DNA from: Candidatus Nomurabacteria bacterium CG1_02_43_90
Lineage (GTDB): Bacteria > Patescibacteriota > Minisyncoccia > Phycocordibacterales > UBA1550
Assembly (NCBI GenBank): GCA_001871765.1
Contig: MNVN01000015.1
Span: forward strand, 1 to 50,542
Length of the DNA: 50,542 nucleotides
Direction of reading: 5' to 3'
The notes beneath the pieces were generated by a model. It made no database searches, was not told where the DNA came from, and worked only from the letters and a program-made list of their open reading frames with translations. Position 1 is the first letter of the stretch. Each line of letters opens with the position of its first letter. The position numbers and the translations under genes were made by a program. Of the stretch, positions 1 through 8,847 are shown piece after piece.

Positions 1-2
1 GA

Positions 3-197
3 GCCTTTTTTGAAACAGCTCGTACTTCGGAACAAAAAACTGCTTTTGTTTTTGGTCCTGAATGTATGGAGAGCGGAGTAGATTTTTTAGAAGATCTTTG
101 TGTTGAATTAGTTGAAAATAACCTTGACCCAGGAGACATTGTAAGTTTCCTAGATATGGTTGTGGATTTCTGTGGTGATTCCACAAAGATTCACTGA
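3..197 (+). CDS. 3' end of a hypothetical protein (truncated by window edge)
   Basis: Frame from position 3 is open for 64 codons (AFFETARTSEQK...DSTKIH*) to TGA 195-197, followed by a terminator-like hairpin. Confidence 0.45.
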   Translation, partial: AFFETARTSEQKTAFVFGPECMESGVDFLEDLCVELVENNLDPGDIVSFLDMVVDFCGDSTKIH

Positions 198-214
198 AAG
201 TTTAGTGATTCTCC

Positions 215-243
215 AAAACCCGATGTTCCGCATCGGGTTTTTT
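215..243 (+). terminator. Intrinsic terminator
   Basis: AAAACCCGATG-ttccg-CATCGGGTTTT followed by T tract. Confidence 0.7.
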
Positions 244-273
244 GTTTACTTAAAAATACGATATAGTATGAGG

Positions 274-1242
274 ATGGTTACTTTATTTTTGACCCTCCTC
301 GGACTTATTGTATTCGAAATTGTTTCAAGTATCGACAATGCAGTCGTAAATGCCGAGGTGCTTGCAACGATGAAAAGTAAAAAGGCAAAACGATTTTTCC
401 TTACATGGGGAATTCTCTTTGCGATCTTTGTTGTTCGCGGATTCTTACCCTCACTCATTGTATTCCTTGCAAATCCTTCAATCGGAGTATTCGGTGCCCT
501 TGGGGCAATGTGGCAGAGTAGTGCTATGGTGACGGAGGCGGTGGAGGCTGCTGCGCCGACTATTATGATGGCGGGGGGAATGTTCCTTTTGCTCCTTTGG
601 ATGTACTGGCTTTTCATGGAAGACAAAAAAATTGGGTTCCCTTTTGAGTGGCACATTCAGAATTATGGTGCGGTGTGGTTTTACTCCGTCGCTACGATAC
701 TTCTCGTGGGGGTATTGGTGGAGATTAACAATTTAGTTATTGAAAAGCCGATGCACCTTGCACTCGCGACTGCGGTCGGGTTTAGTGCGTTTTTCATTAC
801 ACAGGGGTTCAAAGACAATGCAGAAAAGATGGAGGAGCGCCTTATTGCTTCGGGAGAAAAAAGCGCGATGTCTGATTGGGCGAAAGTGTTTTTTCTTGAA
901 GTGACTGACCTTGCGTTTAGTATTGATGGAGTAGTGGGGGCGTTTGCGTTTACGACTGTTGTGCCCCTTATTTTGGTTGGTAATGGTATCGGGGCTATTG
1001 TCGTCCGACAGCTTACAATAAGTAACGTCGACCGTATCCGCTCGTATGCCTATCTGAAAAATGGGGCGATGTACTCGATAGGGTTTCTGGGTGCCGTGAT
1101 GATGTTTGAGGGTTTTGGGGTGAGTTTGCCGGCGTGGATTTCGCCTATTGTTACGATGACCCTCGTTGGATATTTCTTTTTGAAATTGGTGGCAGAGAAT
1201 AAAATGAAGGGTAACGATGAGCGGGCGAGTATAAGTATATAA
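274..1242 (+). CDS. DUF475 / TerC-like integral membrane protein
   Basis: Motifs FEIVSSIDNAVVNAEVL and FLEVTDLAFSIDGVVGAFA; multiple TM helices; start chosen at ATG 274 (268 also possible). Confidence 0.8.
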   Translation: MVTLFLTLLGLIVFEIVSSIDNAVVNAEVLATMKSKKAKRFFLTWGILFAIFVVRGFLPSLIVFLANPSIGVFGALGAMWQSSAMVTEAVEAAAPTIMMAGGMFLLLLWMYWLFMEDKKIGFPFEWHIQNYGAVWFYSVATILLVGVLVEINNLVIEKPMHLALATAVGFSAFFITQGFKDNAEKMEERLIASGEKSAMSDWAKVFFLEVTDLAFSIDGVVGAFAFTTVVPLILVGNGIGAIVVRQLTISNVDRIRSYAYLKNGAMYSIGFLGAVMMFEGFGVSLPAWISPIVTMTLVGYFFLKLVAENKMKGNDERASISI

Positions 1243-1257
1243 TTATAAAATAAACAC

Positions 1258-1623
1258 ATGAAAAATATTTTTCACTTTTTTGATAAGTTAGAAGATCGCG
1301 TGCGTGCAACATTAAGCAAGCACAATATTCTCTACGCATTTATTGGCGGTGTCTCCATCGTGCTTTTTTGGCGCGGAGTGTGGATGATTGCCGACGCTAT
1401 TCCCTTTTTGACAGGGGCTGTTTCCATGGTAATAAGTGTAGCGGTACTTCTGGTTATTGGACTTTTTGTGTCGTTCTTTGTTGGTGACGGAATTATTATT
1501 TCTGGAGTAAAGAATGAAAAAAAGTTGAATGAAAAAGTTGCATCGGAGGTCAAGACCGAACTCGACCTTTTGAAAGACATTCATGAACAACTGGAACAAA
1601 TAGAGAAGAAGCTGGGGGAGTAG
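1258..1623 (+). CDS. Hypothetical 2-TM membrane protein with C-terminal coiled coil
   Basis: 121-aa ORF 15 nt after the DUF475 gene; IVLFWRGVW motif and two hydrophobic helices. Confidence 0.75.
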   Translation: MKNIFHFFDKLEDRVRATLSKHNILYAFIGGVSIVLFWRGVWMIADAIPFLTGAVSMVISVAVLLVIGLFVSFFVGDGIIISGVKNEKKLNEKVASEVKTELDLLKDIHEQLEQIEKKLGE

Positions 1624-1631
1624 AAAAAGGG

Positions 1632-1690
1632 TGCGGGCAGAACATAAAAAGAGGACAGCTTCGCTGTCCTCTTTTTATGTTCTGCCCGCA
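1632..1690. terminator. Perfect 28-bp inverted repeat, probable bidirectional terminator
   Basis: TGCGGGCAGAACATAAAAAGAGGACAGC-ttc-GCTGTCCTCTTTTTATGTTCTGCCCGCA between convergent genes. Confidence 0.75.
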
Positions 1691-1720
1691 GATTCACTGA
1701 AATGAATTCTAAAAAATTTG

Positions 1721-2173
1721 CTAGCACATATTTACACCCCACCACCCTAGTCCTGCCCAGCATATTGAACCACCACAAACATAGCAAGCAGGCTTTTTTT
1801 CGTAGGGTATATATATTGCATAGTATGTTGCGGGGGATTGAGCAGCGTTGTAGTACCGATAGGGCGTTCCGGGATTACTTGGAGTTAGAGGTATTTTGCT
1901 GATATATGTAGGAGTAAGTGCCGGAGTGAGTGCATTATTAAGGATTAGGTCAGGGCTTGAAATATAGAATCCATTAGTGTTGTAATAGAGCTCGAGAGCA
2001 GTTTGTACTTGCCTAATACTTTCAGCTCTTTGAGCGTCTCTCGCTTTGGCGCGCGCAGAGTTAAGGCTCGCCAGTATTATTGTTGCAAGTACTCCGATGA
2101 TTGCAATAACTACCAAAAGCTCAATAAGGGTAAATCCAAGTTTCTTTTGATTTTTTGATGTATAAAATTTCAT
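1721..2173 (-). CDS. Type IV pilin / GspG-like pseudopilin
   Basis: Class III signal KKLG|FTLIELLVVIAIIGVLA, then ARAKARDAQR...ALELYY; Cys-rich C-terminus. Confidence 0.9.
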   Translation of the reverse strand: MKFYTSKNQKKLGFTLIELLVVIAIIGVLATIILASLNSARAKARDAQRAESIRQVQTALELYYNTNGFYISSPDLILNNALTPALTPTYISKIPLTPSNPGTPYRYYNAAQSPATYYAIYIPYEKKPACYVCGGSICWAGLGWWGVNMC

Positions 2174-2184
2174 GCCGTTACTTT

Positions 2185-2466
2185 TTAATTGTAACTTATT
2201 TGAGCTCTGGGCACAAATGAATTATCCATAATTTTGGGAGGAAGAGGCTTCTTCTCACCACTAGAAACAAAAATAAAAAAGGAGAATACAATTGCGAGTA
2301 CTATAAAAAAAATTAGAAAATAATTTACCGTCTGTGTATCTTTTATGTATCCGCCAGTATGGCGAATAATCCAAGCAGTCATCTTCGAGATTTTTATATG
2401 TTGAGTAGGGCGCGCAAGCCCGTCATTCTCGAAGATTACTTTTGATGATCCTTGTCCTTCTTCCAT
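2185..2466 (-). CDS. Hypothetical single-pass membrane protein
   Basis: 93-aa ORF with one TM (YFLIFFIVLAIVFSFFIFV), 11 nt upstream of the pilin gene. Confidence 0.65.
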   Translation of the reverse strand: MEEGQGSSKVIFENDGLARPTQHIKISKMTAWIIRHTGGYIKDTQTVNYFLIFFIVLAIVFSFFIFVSSGEKKPLPPKIMDNSFVPRAQISYN

Positions 2467-2878
2467 GATTCTTATAAAAATAATGAGCGTGTTTCGGATG
2501 CCACAGATTTTCTTGACTTTACCACATACGACAGTCTTTTACAACGGAGGATTGTGTGGAAAAATCCTCTTACCATAAACTTAATCTCACATAAGTTTAT
2601 CAACACTATTGTATGTACACTTTTATACGACTCTACCCAAGTTACCCTTAATGAGAATTGGACAAAATCCTTTAATTTCATCTGCAAGGATCCCCTCAGG
2701 AATATTATTGTAGAGGGATTTTTTTTCTCAAGACGAAAGGCGTCATGCATTTCTAAAAAAGTTGCGCCACCGATATAATTTTTTGCCCGCGAGCCAATAG
2801 CAAAATTGTGAAGTAATTTTGCGTCAATCAGCGTCTGGATTTCGTTCAAAAAAGGTTCGCGCAAATGCTAAAATAACA

Positions 2879-2977
2879 CCACCAAGAGAAATGTTTGCGA
2901 AATTAGAAATGCGGAGCGATCTTGGCTCCCGCAAAATCGCTCCATTTTCTTAATTCCGACAATGTTTCGTTTGGTGG
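2879..2977. repeat. ~100-nt imperfect palindrome overlapping the tRNA 3' end
   Basis: CCACCAA 2879-2885 / TTGGTGG 2971-2977; GGAGCGAT 2913-2920 / ATCGCTCC 2936-2943; intervening arms pair with G-U and bulges. Confidence 0.6.
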
Positions 2978-3048
2978 AGGATACAAGATTCGAACTTGTG
3001 ACCCCTGCAATGTGAATGCAGTGCTCTAATCAGCTGAGCTAATCGTCC
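2972..3048 (-). tRNA. tRNA-Val(CAC), atypical
   Basis: Reverse complement folds GGACGAT-TA-GCTC AGCTGATTA GAGC-A-CTGCA TT CAC AT TGCAG-GGGTC-ACAAG TTCGAAT CTTGT-ATCCTCC-A-CCA; C4:C69 mismatch and A in place of G19. Confidence 0.85.
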
Positions 3049-3186
3049 TCCTCCTTGTTTTTGTACGAACAATCTCTAGCGTATCAATTTTGAGCAACGT
3101 CGACAAGCGGAAATCACATTTTTTTGTTTTAGCAAAAAGTGCTATGCTTGAACACATTATTGGCATTTATTTGTTCTTATTCTTTT

Positions 3187-4467
3187 ATGTATACCATCAA
3201 AAATATTTTAGCCCGCGAAATTCTTGATTCTCGCGGTAATCCGACCGTTGAAGTTGACCTCTATCTTGCAAGTGGCGAAATGGGGCGCGCGGCAGTACCT
3301 TCGGGTGCATCGACAGGCTCCTATGAGGCCGTAGAGCTTCGTGACGGTGACAAAGAACGTTATGGTGGTAAGGGTGTGCTTAAGGTTCTTACCAACGTGA
3401 ACACGACAATCAACACGGCATTTTCAGGAAAAGAATTTGATCAAAAAACGCTCGACGGCGCGCTCATTGCGCTTGATGGTACTGAGAACAAGGGTGTGCT
3501 CGGCGCAAACGCAATCCTCGGTGTTTCGGTTGCATTTGCAAAAGCAGTTGCACAGCACAAAAATATCCCTCTTTACGAATATTTTAGAGAAGAAAGTAGC
3601 ACCACGGGTGCCTACAAAATTCCGGTGCCTTTTATGAATGTATTGAATGGGGGAAAGCATGCCGAGAATTCAGCTGATTTTCAGGAATTTATGATTGTAC
3701 CGTTTGGTGCGCCGACCTTCCACGAAGCACTTCGTTATGGTGCAGAAGTTTTTCATACGCTCAAAAAGATTTTGCGGGCAAAAGGACAGAATACTTCGGT
3801 GGGCGATGAGGGTGGGTACGCACCAGCACTTCCTTCCAACGAGGCAGCCGTAGAGATGATTATTGAGGCAATCAAGCAAGCAGGTTTTACTCCCGGCAAG
3901 GATATCGGTATTGCTCTTGATGTGGCGGCGACCGAGCTTTATAAAGATGGTAAATATCATTTGGATTGCGAGGGAAAGGTGTTCACGAGCGATGAGATGG
4001 TGGAACTGTACGAATCATGGGTCAAAAAATACCCAATCGTGTCTATCGAAGATGGTTTTGCAGAAGATGATTGGGAGGGTACCAAGAAGCTGACCGACAA
4101 GCTTGGCAGTACGTTGCAGATTGTGGGAGATGACCTCTTTGTAACAAACATCAAACGACTCGAAGAAGGTATTGCGAAACATACCGCAAATTCCATTTTG
4201 ATTAAGCTCAATCAAATAGGTACGGTTACCGAAACGATTCAAGCGGTGACGATGGCGAAGAACGCAGGATATACCTCGATGATCAGTCATCGCTCAGGAG
4301 AAACGGAAGACACAACCATTGCAGACTTTGCAGTAGGGCTTTCAACCGGGCAAATTAAAACTGGCTCGCTTTCTCGCACCGACAGACTTGCAAAGTATAA
4401 CCAGCTCCTCCGTATTGAAGAAATGCTCGGTAATAGCGCACACTTCGAGAGCCCCTTTAAGAAATAA
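3187..4467 (+). CDS. eno: Enolase
   Basis: [39 protein letters not shown] motifs; start at MYTIK. Confidence 0.98.
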   Translation: MYTIKNILAREILDSRGNPTVEVDLYLASGEMGRAAVPSGASTGSYEAVELRDGDKERYGGKGVLKVLTNVNTTINTAFSGKEFDQKTLDGALIALDGTENKGVLGANAILGVSVAFAKAVAQHKNIPLYEYFREESSTTGAYKIPVPFMNVLNGGKHAENSADFQEFMIVPFGAPTFHEALRYGAEVFHTLKKILRAKGQNTSVGDEGGYAPALPSNEAAVEMIIEAIKQAGFTPGKDIGIALDVAATELYKDGKYHLDCEGKVFTSDEMVELYESWVKKYPIVSIEDGFAEDDWEGTKKLTDKLGSTLQIVGDDLFVTNIKRLEEGIAKHTANSILIKLNQIGTVTETIQAVTMAKNAGYTSMISHRSGETEDTTIADFAVGLSTGQIKTGSLSRTDRLAKYNQLLRIEEMLGNSAHFESPFKK

Positions 4468-4471
4468 AAGT

Positions 4472-5980
4472 ATGGGAATACGACCCGTAGTACTTATTGT
4501 TTTGGATTGGTGGGGAGAGAGTCCCCTGGAACGGCATAACGCTATTTTTTCTGCGCGGACACCAAACTTCGATTCGTATAGGAAAGATTATGCGCATACA
4601 ACACTCGTGACTTCGGGCGAGGGGGTAGGTTTACCGGAAGGGCAAATGGGGAATAGCGAAGTCGGGCACATGACGATTGGCGCAGGGAAGATTATTGATA
4701 CCGATATCGTCCGCATTAAAAAGGCAATACAAAACGGAGAATTTGCAAAGAATGAAAAACTGCAAAATCTTTTTCACACGGTCAATGAGCATAGTTCGTG
4801 CTTGCATGTAATGGGGCTTTTGTCGGACGGAGGCATTCATAGTCATCACGAGCACCTCTTTGCTTTTTTGCGTTCAGCAAAAGACGCGGGCGTACAGAGT
4901 GTAGCGATACACCTTTTTCTCGATGGGCGTGATACGGCACCGACGAACAGCGTGAAGTATTTACAGGAGCTTGATGCATTTACCAAAGAACTTGGACTTG
5001 GAACTATTGCCACGATTGGCGGGCGGTACTTTGGGATGGATCGCGATAACAACTGGGACCGACTAGAGAAAATGACCGACGCGATGTTTGGGGGAAAAGG
5101 AAAGGTCTGCGCAATTGCCCCTTCAGATTTTGTAAAAGAATTTCATGGGCAAGGAATTTCCGATGAACATATTGAACCATTCTTGGTCGGGAATGCGGGG
5201 CAAGAGCCTCTTTGTATCGCAGAGAACGATGGCATTTTCTTTTTCAATTTTCGTTCGGACCGTGCACGCATGCTTACCGAAAAACTTTTGGAAAAGAAGG
5301 ATGAATATCATTTGTCGATAGTAACGATGACCGAATACAAGAAGGGTTACGACGTCGAAGTACTCTTTCCTCCGATGTCGATTGAAACCACGATTGCAAA
5401 GGAAGTATCCGAAGTAGGGCTTACGCAAGTGCATATTGCAGAGACCGAAAAATTCCCCCACGCCACGTATTTTTTGAATGGTGGTGTTGAGGATTTATAC
5501 GAAGGAGAGAAGCGCGTTCTCTTGGATAGCCGAAAAGATGTCGTGACGCATGACCTCGCGCCAGAAATGCGTGCGCGGGATATTGCCAAAGAAGCGGTAC
5601 GCGAAGTTGAAGCAGGGGCAGACTTTATATTCATCAATTTTGCAAATGCCGATATGGTGGGACATACGGCAAACGTACCTGCGATCATAGAGGCGCTCGA
5701 AATCACCGATGAGGCGCTTGGGCAGGTGGTAAATGCGGTACATAAAAAAGGTGGGGTAGTAATTATCACCGCAGATCACGGTAATGCAGAGATGAACGTT
5801 GACGAGAACGGTGCTCCTCATACGGCCCATACATACAACGTCGTGCCCTGCATCATTACCAATACACAAGGTGAATTGCGCGCGGGTGGCACGCTTGCCG
5901 ACATCGCGCCTACAGTGCTCGCAGTTATGGGGCTTCGGAAACCTGCGTGCATGACCGGCGTAGACGTGCGCATGGTGTAA
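4472..5980 (+). CDS. gpmI: 2,3-bisphosphoglycerate-independent phosphoglycerate mutase
   Basis: GQMGNSEVGH, DGRDTAP, AETEK, NADMVGHT, TADHGNAE motifs. Confidence 0.96.
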   Translation: MGIRPVVLIVLDWWGESPLERHNAIFSARTPNFDSYRKDYAHTTLVTSGEGVGLPEGQMGNSEVGHMTIGAGKIIDTDIVRIKKAIQNGEFAKNEKLQNLFHTVNEHSSCLHVMGLLSDGGIHSHHEHLFAFLRSAKDAGVQSVAIHLFLDGRDTAPTNSVKYLQELDAFTKELGLGTIATIGGRYFGMDRDNNWDRLEKMTDAMFGGKGKVCAIAPSDFVKEFHGQGISDEHIEPFLVGNAGQEPLCIAENDGIFFFNFRSDRARMLTEKLLEKKDEYHLSIVTMTEYKKGYDVEVLFPPMSIETTIAKEVSEVGLTQVHIAETEKFPHATYFLNGGVEDLYEGEKRVLLDSRKDVVTHDLAPEMRARDIAKEAVREVEAGADFIFINFANADMVGHTANVPAIIEALEITDEALGQVVNAVHKKGGVVIITADHGNAEMNVDENGAPHTAHTYNVVPCIITNTQGELRAGGTLADIAPTVLAVMGLRKPACMTGVDVRMV

Positions 5981-5983
5981 GCG

Positions 5984-6014
5984 AAAAAGCGGGATGAGGC
6001 ATCCCGCTTTTTTT
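5984..6014 (+). terminator. Intrinsic terminator of eno-gpmI
   Basis: AAAAAGCGGGATG-agg-CATCCCGCTTTTT plus T tract. Confidence 0.8.
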
Positions 6015-6103
6015 GTTTGAAAAACAGTACTTTACACTCCGCCATTTATTTGTTAGTGTGGCAAGTGGAATAGAAATTTCACAACAACAAGAGGAGAAGG
6101 AAA

Positions 6104-6871
6104 ATGACGAGAAAGATAGGTACTCCAGGGCTTGCTCGGGATATTGCAAAACAAGCAGAATCTTCTGCTCGTATCAGGGAACTGATGGAGCAGCTACGTG
6201 TTGAGAAAAACAATTTTGAAAAACGACACGCTCGTTTTGTTGACAATATTCGCAACAAAGGCGCCACAACAGGAAATCCGCTTACCGACGCACTTTTGGT
6301 TGCTGGTGGGGAAAATTCCTCTCACGTCGAGGACGTACTGGATAATATCAATAAGCAGTTTTCTGGTCGAGTCGGCGAGCCAGCGCTCTTTGTTCTCCAT
6401 ACGCAGGAAGGCGATAAAGACCATTGTGTACTCTTGCTCGGGGTTTTGAAGGGCAGTGTTCTTGTTGTAGATGGCAGGGATGGGTTTTGCTCACCACCTT
6501 TTAACCTTGAAGTGAGTACTGTTGATTCTTCTGCGTCAGATATTCGGCTTGTAAAAGGAAGCTCAAATCTTTTCAGGGAATTTTCTGATATCAGGGATAT
6601 CACGGCTAAAAATCTGAAATGCCATGTCGGCATAAATCAGATTATCTACTGGTTCAGGAAATACGGAGGAGGTACAAAAGGTCTTATTACTTTGTATTTG
6701 ATGGCAAAAGAGGCAGGGATAGATCTTCCTGAAATAGAAGAACTGCATCCAACGCTCGTTGATACTCTCGATACGTTCCTTGATCTTGATGTTCCCCGCG
6801 AAGGCCTTATTTCTGGGGGCAGGATTTCCTTCTTTGTTGGTGGTGTTCAACAGTATGTTGACCTGAGGTGA
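6104..6871 (+). CDS. Hypothetical protein (orphan)
   Basis: 255-aa ORF with purine-rich SD (GAGGAGAAGG) and its own downstream hairpin; no motif recognised. Confidence 0.65.
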   Translation: MTRKIGTPGLARDIAKQAESSARIRELMEQLRVEKNNFEKRHARFVDNIRNKGATTGNPLTDALLVAGGENSSHVEDVLDNINKQFSGRVGEPALFVLHTQEGDKDHCVLLLGVLKGSVLVVDGRDGFCSPPFNLEVSTVDSSASDIRLVKGSSNLFREFSDIRDITAKNLKCHVGINQIIYWFRKYGGGTKGLITLYLMAKEAGIDLPEIEELHPTLVDTLDTFLDLDVPREGLISGGRISFFVGGVQQYVDLR

Positions 6872-6882
6872 GTTGTGATAGA

Positions 6883-6920
6883 GGGGCGGTATTTTGGTTT
6901 ACCAAAATCCCGCCCTTTTT
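6883..6920 (+). terminator. Intrinsic terminator
   Basis: GGGCGGtATTTTGG-ttta-CCAAAATcCCGCCC-TTTTT. Confidence 0.7.
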
Positions 6921-6961
6921 CTTTTGCCCTATTTCTGCTAGAATGCGCGCAACGAAACGCT

Positions 6962-7705
6962 ATGGAAGAAGAATCTATCCACATTTCCCTCGCCGCAGAA
7001 AAAATAGGTACCCTTTGGGGGCTTCCCATCACCAATACGATGCTGATGAGTTTTGTGGTATTTGCAATTTTGGCAGTCCTCGCTTTTGTCGTACGCAGAA
7101 ATCTCGCCCTCATTCCGGGGCGCCTCCAGACGCTCGTTGAAACCCTTTTTGTCGGCATCCTCGACTACATGACCGAGACTCTTGAAGACGCGAAACTTGC
7201 GCGCAAAATTTTCCCCCTCGTTCTTACGATATTCCTGTTCATTTTTACCGCAAACCTCATCGAGTTCACGCCGGGTATAGGGAGTATGGGGTGGTTTGAG
7301 GGTGACGGTGAGTTTGTCCCACTCCTTCGCTCTATGAACACCGACCTCAATACGACGCTCGCCCTCACAATAATCGCTTTCATTTCTATTGAAGTCGTTG
7401 GAGTCGCAACGCTCGGCTTCTTGAGATATAGTAAGAAATTTGTTAATGTTAGTTCGGTTTTGGGGTTTATGGTCGGTATTATTGAGCTTTTTTCTGAAGT
7501 CGCGCGATTGGTGTCATTTTCCTTTCGTCTCTTTGGGAATATCTTTGCGGGAGAGGTCATGATTTTAGTGATTCAGCATTTTGTGCCCATGCTCCTTCCT
7601 GTGCCGATTATGATTTTCGAGGTCTTCGTTGGTTTCATTCAGGCCGCAATTTTCGCTCTCCTCACGTTGTTCTTTGTGAAGATGGCGATTACGGAAGCGC
7701 ATTAA
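6962..7705 (+). CDS. atpB: ATP synthase Fo subunit a
   Basis: SFSFRLFGNIFAGE and FIQAAIFALLT motifs; start at MEEESIHI. Confidence 0.95.
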   Translation: MEEESIHISLAAEKIGTLWGLPITNTMLMSFVVFAILAVLAFVVRRNLALIPGRLQTLVETLFVGILDYMTETLEDAKLARKIFPLVLTIFLFIFTANLIEFTPGIGSMGWFEGDGEFVPLLRSMNTDLNTTLALTIIAFISIEVVGVATLGFLRYSKKFVNVSSVLGFMVGIIELFSEVARLVSFSFRLFGNIFAGEVMILVIQHFVPMLLPVPIMIFEVFVGFIQAAIFALLTLFFVKMAITEAH

Positions 7706-7741
7706 ATTTAGCAGTGTCTTGTGGTGAGTTAAATAATTTAA

Positions 7742-7975
<234 letters not shown>

Positions 7976-7995
7976 GTAATTTACCATTCATCTTT

Positions 7996-8439
7996 ATGGA
8001 GCAAATCGTCTCAGTCTTTGGTATCAACGGAAAACTCCTCCTTATTCAGGTGGTAAATTTTGGATTGCTCCTCTTTGTCCTTCATCGGTATCTCTACAGG
8101 CCGGTATTGGCGATGGTGGATGTACGGCGCACGAAAATTGAAAATGCGGTTCGTGATGCAGAAAAAGCAGAAGCAGAACTTGGCGAAGCAGAGGCAGAGA
8201 AGGCGCGTATCCTTCGTGAGGCAACATTAAAAGGCGATGAACTTATTGATCTTGCAAAAAAACATGCCACCGAAGAAGAGCACGTGATGATGAAAGATGC
8301 CCATCGTAAGGTTGTGCACCTTTTGGGCGAGGCAGAGCGTCGCACCGAGCGTGAACACCAAGAGATGATCGAGAAATCAGAGCGTGAAGTCGCGCGCATG
8401 GCAATCCTTGCCGCTGAAAAGATTCTCCGTAAGGCCTAA
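7996..8439 (+). CDS. atpF: ATP synthase Fo subunit b
   Basis: QVVNFGLLLFVL...YRPVLAMVDVR, then coiled coil; operon position. Confidence 0.93.
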   Translation: MEQIVSVFGINGKLLLIQVVNFGLLLFVLHRYLYRPVLAMVDVRRTKIENAVRDAEKAEAELGEAEAEKARILREATLKGDELIDLAKKHATEEEHVMMKDAHRKVVHLLGEAERRTEREHQEMIEKSEREVARMAILAAEKILRKA

Positions 8440-8440
8440 T

Positions 8441-8845
8441 ATGAAAGCTTCATGGTATGCAGAAGCGCTCTACGGTGCGCTCAAAGGAAAAGATGAGAAG
8501 GAGGGAATCAGAATCTTCACGCATTTTCGCGAAGTGTTAAAAAGTCGCGGACATAGTGCTCTTTTGTCACTCATTCCCCATGAACTCGAAAAGATTACGG
8601 AGCGGGAGCGGGCTCATCATCAGGTTCAGCTTGTAATCGCAAACACAGAAAGTGCAAAGAAATGGGCGCATGCATATGACCATTACGAAAAGGAAGGCAT
8701 CATTCAAAAAAATGCGACACGGCGTGAAGTGGTAGACCCCTCTATTGTGGGAGGATTCCAAATACGCACGAAAGAAATAGTAATCGACGGAAGCTACAAA
8801 AAACCACTCGTACAGCTTTATAAAAAAATCACTAACCAGAATTAA
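8441..8845 (+). CDS. atpH: ATP synthase delta subunit (short)
   Basis: C-terminal [12 protein letters not shown]...IDGSY motif; position between atpF and atpA. Confidence 0.88.
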   Translation: MKASWYAEALYGALKGKDEKEGIRIFTHFREVLKSRGHSALLSLIPHELEKITERERAHHQVQLVIANTESAKKWAHAYDHYEKEGIIQKNATRREVVDPSIVGGFQIRTKEIVIDGSYKKPLVQLYKKITNQN

Positions 8846-8847
8846 TC

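Noticed and set aside
187-1702. 13-bp direct repeat AGATTCACTGAAA at 187-199 and 1690-1702 flanking the DUF475 unit
   Set aside because: Several 13-mer matches are expected by chance in 50 kb, and no mobility gene supports a target-site duplication
2452-2864. Overlapping ORFs 2452-2778 (+) and 2472-2864 (-)
   Set aside because: No recognisable motifs, atypical composition and overlap with the palindromic tRNA trailer region; probably spurious
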